A stretch of DNA of 64,000 bases from Octopus vulgaris (taxonomy: Eukaryota). Position numbers and translations under genes: made by a program. Positions 41,030-54,814 of the stretch are shown piece after piece. Below the pieces are notes generated by a model. It made no database searches. It was not told where the DNA came from and saw only the letters and a list, made by a program, of their open reading frames with translations. The stretch's first letter is position 1. Each line of letters begins with the position of its first letter. The stretch lies in the NCBI GenBank assembly GCA_951406725.2, contig OX597817.1:38688001-38752000 (forward strand), written 5' to 3'.

Positions 41030-41837
41030 GCTAGCAAGCTGGCGGAATCATTAGCATGTTGGGCAAAATACTTAACAGCATTTCCTCCATCTTTACATTC
41101 TGAATTCAACTTCCTCCAAGGTCAACTTTGCCTCTCGTCCTTTCAGGGTCAATAAAATAAGTACTAGTTGATTACTGTGGTCAATGTAATCAACTCACTC
41201 CGTACCCTGAAATTGCTGGCCTTGTGCCAAAATATGAAATCATTATTGATATTGTTATCTCTATATATATAAACAGCAAAATGTCTGTGTGTGTGTCCTT
41301 TATACAAATCCACAATTTTTCAGTTAGAGGGCTCACACTTTTTATGGTCATTCAAAACTGTCCAAGGGTGGTCGTGCACATCTTTACATTTCCCCAGTAA
41401 AGCCGTTAAAAATTCAATAGAAGTGACTTTTTTGTGAATTTTCTATCCAAAACCCAATCAAAATTCCCGAAACTTGATACGCCAATTGAATGTCAGCTGT
41501 ATGTGATTGGTCAGAGATTTGGACAGTACTCGCGAGTATGTGCACACGCACACAGCTGTATATGCATGCACTAGCACTATGACCCGGCTAGTTATTATTA
41601 TTATTATTGAGGTAGTGAGCTGGCAGAATTATTAGTATGCTGGGCAAAATGCTTAGTGCCATTTTATCTGTCTTTACTTTCCGAGCTCAAATGCTGCTGA
41701 AGTTGACTTTACATTTCATCCTTTCAGGGTTCGTAAAATAGGAATCAGTTAAGCTCTGGGGGAGATGTAATCGACTTACTCTCTTCCCCCAAAATTGTTG
41801 GCCTTGTGTCAAAATTCTAAAACCAATATTTCTACCA
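40650..41837 (+). mobile_element. Array of family B SINEs interrupted by a Helitron-like element
   Basis: Units at about 40650, 40778, 41030 and 41610, all CpG-decayed. Confidence 0.8.
41258..41591 (+). mobile_element. Non-autonomous Helitron-like element
   Basis: A|TCtctatatatataaa ... CTAG|T termini, no TSD, short internal (tg)n near the 5' end; it splits an (att)n run. Confidence 0.65.
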
Positions 41838-42089
41838 CTTTAAGGTGCCAAAATAAACAGTTTATGAAAACATATTGAAATCCTTTGCTGTGTTTGGGAC
41901 ATAAGCTGACAGTCACTTATACTGGCTTCTTGTTCAGGGGGAATGTTGTGATCTTAGTCATTTAGTCACCAAGGAAACCAGACACTTGGCCTTATAAGTC
42001 CCAGGACTTAAGAGAGCAATGTCCAAGGGTTGATGATAATGGTGGCTTATATTAAACCTACAAGTGTATGTAGTATTGCAATATACCTC

Positions 42090-42660
42090 ATACTATATAC
42101 TACTCTATACTTACCTAAAATACACTATCTTATACTTATCTAAATTATACTGTTGTACACTTACATTACATTACCCAACACTTCCCTAAATTGTATTATT
42201 CTTTTTTAACTATATTACTCTGTCCACTCTTATTGTTCTATTTTTACTTATATAACTGTGTCCCACTCTTATTATACTGCCTACACTTAAAAGCCAAAAT
42301 AACACTGCCCTACTTACCTAATTTACTCTATCCTACACTTACCAATATTACACTGTCTCATACTTAACACAAAGAAAATTGCCCTACACTTACCTAAACT
42401 ACACTGTCTTAAATGTTTCTAAATTGTAGTACCTGACTCTCACATTCACTACACACCAAAATAATACTGACCTACACTTACCTAAATTACACTGTCCTAC
42501 ACTTACTAAAATTTCACCCTCTTTTGCATAAATTACGTTGTCCTACACTTATGTAAATTACATTCTTGTACGCTTACTTAAATTAGAGTGTCCTAAGATT
42601 ACATAATTACACTAACCTACACGTACACACTAAAATAGTACTGTTCTATTATTACTTAAA
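42090..42660. repeat. Degenerate ~25-bp minisatellite (ctacacttacctaaattacactgtc)
   Basis: Unit clearest at 42472-42510; variants throughout. Confidence 0.75.
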
Positions 42661-43737
42661 TTTTATTATGTGATTTTCTGCTAAATAACATGACAACTAC
42701 ACCACATTATTTCATAGACAACTCTTTTAAACTAGACTCTGATACACTGCAATATGGTATAGACCCTTTACAATACACAGCACTGCAGTGTATTACAGAT
42801 CATTGACACTACAATACACTGCAGTGTAACAATGCATGGAGGGTTCAGCTCCACTACTCCATACTGCATTGCAGTAGAGTACAGATCTTCTACTACACAC
42901 TGCATTGCACTGAAATACATGTTAATGAGGGAGTCTTTACATAGTTTCTCAGTCTGCTAGAAATAGCGACTAAATGTTTGTCAAATTACGGCCTACTGTC
43001 TTGGATGAAGGACACATTTTTAAAATGTAGGACTACAGTCTTGGAAAAAAATTTTTTAAGTAGGATAACCACGACTCAAATGCATTTGATCATTGGTCTG
43101 GGCTGACCTGGGATTAAACAATATTACTACAATATAAACCAATAAGGAGCCTCCACATGGTAGAAATTGCAGCCAAATTATCCTCAATTCACACCCTAGA
43201 ATCTTGAAATAGGAAAAGACAATGTAGCTAGTCCCTATATAAAAAGACAGGGCGGTGACAAGTGAAACCCCTTTGATCATAATCTCCTCAGATAGGGCTG
43301 ACCCGGGGTTAAACAACCACAATATTACTATATTGCTATAAGATATCCCAAAATATCTTTAGATAATCAAATGAAAATTTCAATCTATTTGTATTCTAAA
43401 CCCGAACAATCAGTACACCCATTTTGCAAGACTTGTGACTGTGTAGTCCAAGAATTAGATCCTTCTACTGTTATCATGCCATGCCCTTTAGCAAGGCACC
43501 TCAGCACTGCTTCCAATTTTACACACTGAACAAAATGTTAACATAACTCAAACTTTATGGTCAAATGGCTGGCAATTGGAAAGAAAGCCACTTATACAAA
43601 CTGTTACTGCAGCAAATAAAATCATCCTAACCATGTAATATAAACATGAGAAACTGTCTATTTCGTATCTCAAAGTTTCTAAACCTACAATTCTCGTTAG
43701 TAAGAACAAGCTTCTAAAATGGATGGAGAAGTTCAGA

Positions 43738-43810
43738 GGATTGCTTTCATACAATGGTAGAACGTCTGTCATGTTTGCAAAAGACGTGGGTTTAAGTCCC
43801 ACGGGCAGCC
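43738..43810 (+). pseudogene. Degenerate tRNA-like sequence (tRNA pseudogene or SINE head)
   Basis: 73-nt segment with D-loop aatggtaga, T-arm gtggg-tttaagt-cccac and an imperfect acceptor stem; anticodon arm broken. Confidence 0.4.
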
Positions 43811-44118
43811 TTCGATTTTTCCACACAAAGGTCATTTGGCCTATATATATACACGCTTTTATTTATAGCTTTATATACTTCGAATTCCACTCCCCCCGAA
43901 GTTTCTAAGCTCTTATGAAATTCTTAATTATTCGGATAATATGGTCCTAAATATACGTGATGTATTCTGGTTACGAGTTACTATAGGAGAAATAATCATT
44001 TCTAGATAATATGTGGCGAGATTGGAAGTTAAAATTTGAAATCGAGAAGCAAGGAAGGAGATGCATTGAATATGTGTGTATAAATATATACACACACAAA
44101 TATATATATATATATACA

Positions 44119-44161
<43 letters not shown>

Positions 44162-44831
44162 ATACGTATATCAGACTATCGGATGTTGTTATTCATCGCA
44201 AGTCACAATACGATGCACTTCACATTGTTCTAGCTTTCGAATGACGCCTCTCGCTGGCTAGAAGGCTATTCCGTCACATTTACAGCTGAGTGAACTTGAG
44301 TAGCATAAAATGAAATATTTTTGCTCAATAACACAGCGCCCGGCCTGGAAATCGAACCCATGATCTAGCGATCGTGAGTACAATACCCTAACCAGTAGGT
44401 CACGTGCCTTCACATACACTCACGTATGTATGAAATAAATCGTATTCTGCCCGCTTAACCAGCGTGGAGGCACCATTCGAAAGCTACAACAATGCGAACA
44501 AGATGTTACATACGACGGAATTCCACATGGTTTCTATCTAACCAATTTCGCTTGGATATATCTGATACTTGTCCAAGATGCCATTCAGAAGGACAGAACC
44601 TGGGATCTCGGGTTTGCGAAATGAAATTCTTAAATATTTGAATATGATCCTAAATACACGTGATAGCAGCCAATATTTTCCTCAAATCTTAGAAAAGAGG
44701 GGGCACATTGGATAACATGACCCTTTGTGCAATGTACCTAGAAACAGACTAGTGTACACAAGTAAAAAGTGTGCGCACGCAAAGTTTTTTAAGATAAAAT
44801 CGATTTTTTTTATCGGAGTATTCAGATGTAT

Positions 44832-45127
44832 GTGGAGGCGCAATGGCCCAGTGGTTAGGGCAGCGGACTCGCGGTCGGAGGATCGCGGTTTCGATTCCCA
44901 GACCGGGCGTTGTGTGTGTTTATTGAGCGAAAACACCTAAATGCTCCGGCAGGGGGTGTTGGTGACCCCTGTTGTACTCTTCCACCACAACTTTCTTTCA
45001 CTCTCTCTTCCTGTTTCTTGAGTAACGCTGCGATGGACTGGCGTCCCGTCCAGCTGGGAGGAACACATACGCCACAGAAACCGGGAAACCAGGCCCATGA
45101 GCCTGCCTAGGCTTGAAAAGGGCGACG
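44832..45127 (+). mobile_element. Full-length family D tRNA-SINE with 23-bp TSD
   Basis: A box tggcccagtgg, B box ggtttcgattcc, V-domain-like gcgatggactggcgtcccgtccag; perfect TSD tttatcggagtattcagatgtat at 44809-44831 and 45128-45150. Confidence 0.9.
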
Positions 45128-45507
45128 TTTATCGGAGTATTCAGATGTATAGTTTCATAATAAAATCTAAAATAATTCATACTTTAAAATGGTACACATT
45201 TGCTTAAGTTGTCAATATGACGTCTGAACAATAGTTACTCGCTTGGATTCGCGCTATGGAAAAGAAAATTATCACAGAAGCAAATTTCTGCGCACATACA
45301 CACAACAGAGACATTAACGGATACATTGATCATATAATAAGGATGGGATATGTACATTAGCATAATCAGATATACGCACTGTGTATGTGTGCGCGCGCAT
45401 TTTATGGAGACAGAAATCAAGCAGCAGCTCTAAATTGTATACAATTTTGTCAGCTATTGATTTCATTAGTGAAATCATCAAAACACAAGACGTTGTGGCT
45501 GAGATAT

Positions 45508-45729
45508 GTTTCTTTATTACCCACAAGGGGCTAAACATAGAGGAGACAAACAAGGACAGTCAAACGAATTAAGTCGATTACATCGACCCAGTGCGTAACT
45601 GGTACTTAATTTATCGACCCCGAAAAGATGAAAGGCAAAGTCGACCCCGGCGGAATTTGAACTCAGAACGTAACGGCAGACGAAATACGGCTACACATTT
45701 CGCCTGGCGTGCTAACGGTTCTGCTAGCT
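45508..45729 (-). mobile_element. Family B SINE
   Basis: Colinear with 61208-61433. Confidence 0.85.
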
Positions 45730-46334
45730 AGAACGCATGTTTATTCAGATAATCTGGCAACTCATGTGCCTTCTTTTGAGTTGGAATTTTGTGGAGATAT
45801 TTAATGTCCTTATGCTTAGAACAACGGTCGTATTGAGGTCAAATTGTCAAAGAACACCTTGACATATTCATTTTGTTGATCGAGCTCAAATTGCCGTTGT
45901 ATTATAATGCTTTGATACTAATGTGTAGGGTTACTTAACCAGGATAGTAAATTGTCTTCTCGCAGCACTTTTTCTAGTGAATTAGTGAAGGTTGTCAGCT
46001 CGCAACAGCTTATTTTTACTTGCTTGCGCGATATCAATTGTTTCACCATGCGTGAACAAACAGATATACTTTTACTGTGGCTACGCTGATGATATCTTCA
46101 GAACTTGTACGTATTTAACCCAGCACTATTGGGTTAAGGTATTATATACAAATCATTTGGTTGGAAAGTCTACATTTAATCTGAGATATTGAGATGTGAT
46201 TTTCTACAGTTCAAGTATTATGAAGAACACTTTGGTTTTGAAGGGAAAATATTGTCAACTAATAATTGGGCGGCGTCACTGATTTATTGATTTTATTTAC
46301 TGGGTGCCTACTTTTTAACTTAGTTATTTTAATA

Positions 46335-46765
46335 TTCTTTTCTACACTATGCACAAGGCTCAAAATTTTGGGGGGAAGGACAGTCGATTAGATCGATACC
46401 AGTACGCAACTGGTATTTAATTTATCGATCTCAAAAGGATGGAAGGCAAAGTCGACCTCAACGGAATTTGAACTCAGAACGTAAAGGCAGACCAAATACT
46501 GCTAAGCATTTCGCTCGGCGTGCTAACGTTTCTTATTTCTTTATTGCCCACAAGGGGCTAAACATAGAGGGCACAAACAAGGACAGACAAAAGATTAAGT
46601 CGATTACATCGACCCCAGTGCGTAACTGGTATTTAATTTATCGACCCCGAAAGGATGAAAGGCAAAGTCGACCTCGGCAGAATTTGAACTCAGAACGTAA
46701 TGGCGTACGAAATACCGCTAAGCATTTTGCCCGGCGTGCTAATGTTTCTGCCAGCTCGCCGCCTT
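46335..46765 (-). mobile_element. Dimeric family B SINE (tail-1 unit followed by 5'-truncated tail-2 unit)
   Basis: Two gatgaaaggcaaagtcgacctc..gaactcagaacgtaa cores with different 3' tails. Confidence 0.85.
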
Positions 46766-47647
46766 AACAGTTATTTTATTATCACAAAATTTTGTCATTC
46801 AGACGACTGCGTTTTTCAAGGGTAGAATGTTGCCAGAAAGAATAATTTGCGTTAAATGTTAAACGTAAAGTTAATTGAAATGGATGAATGGTAAAGAGAA
46901 AAACTGAGAAATAGGATACAAGAAAAGGAGTTTAATGAAGATAAAGAAAACTAAATCATGTGAGGGAAAGAAAAATGAGACACCTCGGAACATATTAGAA
47001 ACAGAGCTTTGATCGAGCACATTTACGTGTGGTAGATGCCACCAGCATCCGTACATCACATCCTAGAGCTCCACATTGAAAGAGCTTAACACCAGCTTTG
47101 GTTCGCAATCTCTTGCCCACCACAGCCGAAGTGGAAATAGAAGGATACAGAATATAGGAAAGGATCAGTGAGAGACATGATCAGAGGAAGGAAAAAAAAG
47201 AATATCTTTAATATATTTCATAGATGTGTATATATACCGTATTTGGTGGCATAACAGACGCACGGACAAAGTGGACTATACTGGTTACTGAACTAAACGG
47301 AGAAGGCCAAGCGTTTCTCACGCGTTTTCCCTGATATAGCGACCTAAGCAAAATGGCTGCCAAGAAAGTGGTCAGTTTTAGCTTTAAAATGTTTTGGCAG
47401 CTCCTATAACTTTATAAATTTTGATTGAAAATATTTTAATGAAAAGATTCACTGTCCATAAACCGCTTTTAAAGGTCTTGCTAGACTAGAGGTTTCTAAC
47501 CTAGAGATTGCTGTATAATTCTGAAAGGATTGCGAAGATTAAAATCTTTCTGAAATATTCCATAAAATAAAACCAGAAGAACATATATACGTACACAGAC
47601 ACAGACAGACACACACACACACACAAACACATAAATACATACATACA

Positions 47648-47709
<62 letters not shown>

Positions 47710-47739
47710 GATACGAGGAATGACACAAACATCAGCGGA

Positions 47740-48620
47740 TAAACAGAAAAGTTAGCTTTTTGATAAAGTCTCTCGGGATATTTGTTCTGCACCGAGTATA
47801 CAGACACTGCCTTGTTATTTACACTATCAGAAATGCACTGAACCAATTATTGGCCCATTAAAAGCCTGTAATCAACGACATCATTGTTCACCAATTGTAA
47901 TGTAAAACAAATATGTATTCCAGTTATTCAGACGAATCATTCATCCAGATGAATCAAAACCTTCAGAGGTACCCATCTGTTTTAGTTCATTAAGCTCATC
48001 AAAATAAATGTCAATAATATATTAGATTCGTGGAGGAAATCAATACATTATTTAGATTCAATAAGAAAATCAATCTTATGACTAGTTCTAACAGATCAAT
48101 CAAGTACATACTTTGTAATGAACATTCACAAAGGAGTTCATACCAAGTCTGAAACTTGGCCTTTTTTTTATATTTTGGCAATACATCACCCACTGCCTAC
48201 CTGCCTGTAGACAGTACCTGATAGACCTTATTTGCCTGATCCCTATGGCTCTTACTCGCTTCACAAAACGTAATCTGTAGCTACAAGCATACAGCATCAC
48301 TCCGTTTTTTTTTTGTTTTTTTTTTTGCATGGCCTCATCACATTTAATCGTACGGTAGGGATATGCCTTCGTTATAATGCCGGCATTTCAGCTCTTATAA
48401 GTATGCACAATTTGGGTGAGAAAAGATGGTCTTCTCTTCTTTCTAGTAAAACTGACTTGAAATATAGGATGGGGAGAAACCGATTTCTGCCGTTGGATAT
48501 TCAATATCAAATTTAATGCTATTGTAGAGGATATTAAAATACAGCTGCATTTTCGGAACGGGATGACGCACATACGTCATCCACGTGTCTCCATCACTGC
48601 GTGTGCGTCATCAAGAATGT
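47740..48620 (-). mobile_element. piggyBac-like transposase relic
   Basis: Minus-strand fragments in the expected order: VGDVLPK, HYKV../LIDLL, CID, TDGYL, LQLV..YRLLM/NNWFS (DNWFTS-like). Palindrome ggatgacg-caca-tacgtcatcc at 48561. Confidence 0.55.
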
Positions 48621-48759
48621 AGTACTCTACGCACTATATTGTCTAATGTTAGGGTAGTTAGGTTTAGATCCTATCAGAAGGCCACTGAATTGCCGCTAGG
48701 TGAGGAGAACGTATGGGCAATACAGAAACTAGAAGAAAGCTGAGGCTTGTTAAAAGGAA

Positions 48760-49600
48760 GTCAACTGCGAGCCTGTGTCCTCTATTCAGACACTGCTGAA
48801 TCAATGCCCTCTGTTAGTGGTCTGCAAGTGTACATAGGGCATAGGCCCAAACTGAAAGTATAGTTGTTTTCTATTAGCTGCCACCAACCCTCGAAATTTG
48901 TGGGTATGCATGCGATTAGCGATTTTAGTAACCACGAAGGTGTAGATATTTGGTACTTCCCAGGGTAGATATATGGTACTTACGATGATTGGGTATATTT
49001 TCAGAGGCCTTAGAATGCAGGTGCTTAAGTAGTAAAGCCACGGTGTTGAGGAGGAGGAACAGTATGTCGAGAAACTTCTGCATTTGTGCATACTGAGAAG
49101 CATATTTCCTGAGACGCCCTCTCACAAGTCGTTGCACCGTTTCTTTACACTTTTTGCTATGGTACCGTGGCATTGAGTGTCGGTATCACTTTGTGAGAGC
49201 TGAAGGAGAGTTGCATTGACTGTGAGCACGGAGAGTTTTCCTCTTTAGTCTAATGGTGTATATATGTTGTTCTTGCATGTTAGTTATTTGATAAGGGATT
49301 TATCCCTTGCCAACAGGTTGGTGCCTGGGCGCCAGTTGTGTGCTTCTCTGAATATCCAGGGTAAAGTTTACTGACTCTATTTTCGTCCGCAACTGGAAAT
49401 ATGTAAGTCCTCATACTAATACAGACCCAGCACCCCTACGTTATGGTCTGGTTCGTGCTAGCTCCACATATGTAATATGTTCGTTTCATCTCATTCATTC
49501 GTTCCGTTTTCCTTATATAGATCTTTCAAGATCAATGTAAATGGGAGTCCTGACGTATACCTGTGGAGGATCACTACTCCTCACAAGAATATTTTGGTCA
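48760..49600 (-). mobile_element. Degenerate RTE-type APE endonuclease remnant
   Basis: Fragments MWS..HNVGV, IPTLNAT, LSTC, RMH../WWQLIE and GHRLAV follow the RTE endonuclease motif order; many stops and frameshifts. Confidence 0.4.
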
Positions 49601-50050
49601 TCAGTGTTTACACCACCTTCAACCCACAAAGCGGGAGTAGCACTGAAAATGTAAGTTCGGGATTCTCAAGCGTAATCTCTTAGTTGAAGATAGCCAGAAA
49701 AGCGATGGAGGTGGTGGATCTCTGTCATTAAAATTCAATCTTATTTCCTTTCAGTTGATGAGACATATCCCAAAAAACAAAACACAAAACCGTGTGTCCT
49801 AGGTTAAAGTAATACAAACATATTTCATTTCGTATGATATAGTCAAGATACTTTCATTTTGTCCTAATGTCATAGCTCTTAGTAATTTTTGATTGAATAA
49901 TCGAGCATTTTCACTGAAGAACATCTCAACACTGGATGAGTTGAGACACACGTCTACCTATTATTTGTATAAATAGTGTGTGTGTGTGTGCGCGTATGTG
50001 TGTGTGTTTGTGTGTATGTGTATACATACATATATATATAATACATACAT

Positions 50051-50123
<73 letters not shown>

Positions 50124-50364
50124 TAAATATATAGATAGATAGATATACCTACATACATATTTATCTATACATTAACACTCATATATAAATATACGTTGTG
50201 TCTGAGTGTGTGTATACATATAATATACACATATACACAGATATGTATATACTAATAATATATATATATATATATATATATATTGATGTATATGTGTATG
50301 TATATTTATATATTGATATGTATATGTGTATATATTGATATTTATATATGTGTGTGTGTATACA

Positions 50365-50409
<45 letters not shown>

Positions 50410-51246
50410 GTATGTGTGCATGTATATACACATACACGCATGTATGTGTGTGTGCCTGAAGGAGAGAGAGAGAGAGAAGTGGAGAGAAGAGGATGGAGTG
50501 TGTGAAGGAAATTTATTTCCCTTTCAGTTGATTTCCTTACAGCTACTTCATTTACTTCGTTTACGAAAAGAGATGTACGTGGGTGGCGAAGCGGGGAGGT
50601 ACGAAGCTCTTCCCCCCGGTTTGCAGGAACCATAGGAATTCTTAAGCCATATAAAGATGTAAGGAGAGAGACCTGCGTTGTACATGGTTTACTAGACCCT
50701 CCCACTCTACTGAAGCGTACACACAAACACATATACACACATGCATACATTCATCACACACACACACACACACACACACACAAGCACAAATACACACACG
50801 CATATATACTTACATACAGTCATGCATGTGTGTATATATATATAAATATATATATACGTGTGTGTGTGCTTATATTGTTACAAGCATTCATATGTGCGTG
50901 CATATATGCAAATATACATATATGCATACATATATATGTATGCATGGTTGCTTGACTATGCATACATGCATGTATACATGCATTCATGTATATGTACTTA
51001 TGCATATATTTGCGTCTGTGGGAGGAAATATAGGTATACATACACATATTCATGAATCCATTTATAGTGTATACATATGAACATATATGTATGTATGCAT
51101 ACCTGAACATAAGTATTTTTATAGGTATGCATATATGCATTTATGCACGATAAAATGCACACATACATGCATATATGCATGCACGCATACATACATGCAT
51201 GCGTGCATGCATACATGCCTGTATGCATTCATACATATGCATTTAA

Positions 51247-51646
51247 ATATTCTTTTCTACTTTAGGCACAAGCCCCGAAATTTTGGGGGAGAGAGCCAGT
51301 CGATTAGATCGACTCCAGTGCGCAACTGGTGCTTAATCTATCGACCCAGAAAGGATGAAAGGCAAAGTCGACCTCGGCGGAATTTGAACTCAGAACGTAA
51401 CGGCAGACGAAATACCTATTTCTTTACTACCCACAAGGGGCTAAACACAGGGAGGACAACAAGTACAGACAAACAGATTAAGTCGATTATATCGACCCCA
51501 GTGCGTAACTGGTACTTATTTAATCGACCCCGAAAGGACGAAAGGCAAAGTCGACCCCGGCGGAATTTGAACTCAGAACGTAACGGCAGACGAAACACCG
51601 CAAAGCATTTCGTCCGGCGTGCTAACGTTTCTGTCAGCTCACCGCC

Positions 51647-51648
<2 letters not shown>
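51247..51648 (-). mobile_element. Dimeric family B SINE
   Basis: Same tail-1/tail-2 order as 46335-46765 with a different junction. Confidence 0.85.
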
Positions 51649-51694
<46 letters not shown>

Positions 51695-54600
51695 TCGTTC
51701 AAGCATACACGAACTTTTTCTCTCTCACTCACAAGCATACATTTATGTGTGAGTGTAGGTGTACGTGTGTGTACACACACACGCACACGTACACATATAT
51801 GTATGTATGTATATATATGTATATTTATACACACAGATAGATGCATAATTAGATAGAAGATGCGTGGCTTAGTGGTCAGGGTATTCGGCTGACGATCGTG
51901 AGTTCAATTCCCAGTAACTCGTTGTGTCGTTGCGCAAGACAGTTTACTTCACGTTTCCCCACCAAAGGAGGTACAAGAGAAAAAGCTTTGGCAGAGTGAT
52001 GACCGTAGAAATATTTATAGATTAGTTAAAAAAAAAAAGAAGAAAACAATTGATGTCCTGGTGATGAGAAAAGGGTTGAAGTTTAACCTCCAAACCGGTC
52101 CAATAATGTTAGACACCTGCTTTTGAACTCAATCAAGGAGCGAAAACTCCAGCAGGGAACACGATCCTAGTATTTCAAAACAAGGGCGGTGAGTAAAAAA
52201 CTCATGGAGATGACTTCATTTTGAGTAAGAATAGTAATGAATTCAATTCAATGTAGAGAACCGAAATTTCTAACGGCTGAGTTAGCAAGATTCCTGCTTC
52301 AGTACAAGGATATTGTCAAAATACAATACCGAGTGCTGTATTATCACCAAGAGAGTCAATGGACTACATTATATAAAGTCCTTCCCTTTCAAGACGCTAG
52401 AGTGTAATTGTATAGACATTTGGTTACTATTTCTACCCATTCAAGCGACCAAGTAGAGGCATCCTCGTTGGCCCGATACAATAAAATTAGCAAATTTATT
52501 GGTTAAGAATTCTTTGATTGTCTAATGTCCAATGTCTTCATGAAAGATTTTTACTTGATGCTTATCAGACTTGGAAGAATTCTTTTGCCTTGAATTCTTG
52601 AAGTTTCAAGGGTCTTCCAAAGTTTATTTTAGTTTTAAATGAATTTCATGTCTTACGACCCAAGAGAAGAGGATATCATCGATAACACACAGCACATATA
52701 ATCTGGACTCATGTTGTTGTTGTTGGTAGTAGTGGTGCTCAACCTCAATCTGGTGCTGTAGAAATTGTTGTCATTCTTGCTGCCATTGAGATTGTTGTGA
52801 TTGTTGTTGCTGTTGTAGCTGTTGTTGTTTGTTGTTGTTTGTTGTTGATTAACCCCAGTTAATTCTGATCAAACAGATCTGTGATCGATGATGTTCGAAA
52901 CATGATCATTCCAGGCTTTTGAATATCTCTGATCACATCGTCCTATGTCTCCCTGTTTAAACGTGGTAGGATCTGACTTGAGGGAAATTTGACTGCTGGC
53001 GGCTCTCTTGAACTTCCCCTCTTTGTTTTTTTAACACCAGAGAAGATAAAAGAAAAAATAATCGTTACAGGGCAGATTTTAAGCAGGACACGTGGGTGGA
53101 AGCTACTCATTTTAAATCAAGGTGGAGTTTCGAATGTGTTTAAAACATAAGAGGACACATTAGATGATTTAACCCTACTATAAGTGTTTGACAAAATAGA
53201 CGAGATGGGTACGGATAGAACGCCAATCTAAAAAGGATAAGTTGGCACTAAAACAATCAAACAATGATTTTATGAATCACATTCCGTCGCTTAACCAACT
53301 AGAGGGACGACCAACATGGGGTTTTCTACGTGGTCCTTCAATTTGTTAAAAGTAGCAGTGAAATCACCTCAAAATGGAAACATCGTCTTAAAAATAAAGA
53401 AGAAACGAAATCTCATATGGGACGATGCAGATCCGCCTTAAGGTATGGGCACTCTAGGTAATTACGTGGGGACCTCTCGGGCTCAGGAACCCAATGCTAA
53501 TCTCTGTATGTTGTGGCTTGCTGTCAATAAATAAATACTATCATATTGTATTAACGCATTGATTTTCCCCCGGGAGGGTGTCTATAATGCTACTAAGATG
53601 GTGCTGGACAATGCATTCCCTAATATGAAAAAAGACTGAAACACCTTTGATCACAGTTGTACTCAATTAAGGTAGATCTGGAGATTAAACAATTACGTGA
53701 CGTCATAATGGTTTCTTATTTAGGTAGAAGGCCAGCAATTTCAAGGGGAAGGGGATCACTGGATACTATCATCTCTAATACTTAACCGGTACTTTATTTT
53801 AGCGACTACGAAAGAATGAAAGGCAAAGTTGACCTTGGCGGGATCAGAAACCAGATCGTAAATTGCCAGAACAAAATGACATCAAAATGCATGCTTCAGT
53901 TTTCAAGCAACGTTCTGTTGTTTGCACTATCACAACTGTTACTCACATCTTTAATTGAAAACTCATTTTTTTGTGCAAAAACCATCTTTTTGTAAATTTG
54001 TGTAAACATGTCAACCCGACAAGATATTCATAAAACCACTTCTTACTTCTTCTGTCTCCCCACCTACAACTGATCATTAATTCATTAATATAAATATACA
54101 AATTATAATTGCCTGCTTTTCGCAAACAAAAAAGTCATTTAGTGCATTTAACCATGCCGTATACGTAATGACCTAAGCTTTCTCATACTTATGTCTACAA
54201 TAGATTAAATACATGGATGTTTGTGTGTGTGAGGTGGCGGTGACGTGAGGCGGGGGTGTCTAACTGGGTGGGTGTAGCTGTATGCGAATATTTGTGTGTG
54301 TATGTTTATGTGTATGTGTGTGTTAGCGTGTGTGTGTGATTTAAACGTAATTTCGGGACTGTGGACTGGAGAAACAGGTTAGATATCATAATGACAAGCA
54401 TCGTAGAGTGGAAGGTCATCTTGCGAAATGAGTCTGCGACATTCGAGATTTCGATCCTGGCTCAACGCTATTTCACACTCCCACGGTAAACATTGGTTTT
54501 TTCCCTATAAAGAAATCAAATACAATAAACGAGCAACAATTAAAATCGAAAGGTAGAGATAATTAATGTGTTATACATTGATTAATATGAGTAATTAGTA

Positions 54601-54745
54601 AATGAAATTGAAACTGCTGTGTCTTTCCTGACCGCGATACGGTGTACTCAGAGTAACTGATGCCGCGTCATCGCATTTTGGCGCCCCAGTACACCTTCAC
54701 ACGTATACATAAGCATACTTCACACGCTTTTACCTACCCCACTCC

Positions 54746-54814
<69 letters not shown>

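Noticed and set aside
44834-44905. tRNA gene (also 13675, 57333, 61208 heads)
   Set aside because: A/B boxes continue into SINE bodies with TSDs; no proper cloverleaf or terminator.
53447-53510. Possible HDV-like ribozyme (gggcact..cctctcggg..gctaa)
   Set aside because: No P1 3' strand complementary to gggcact, and L3 is the wrong length.
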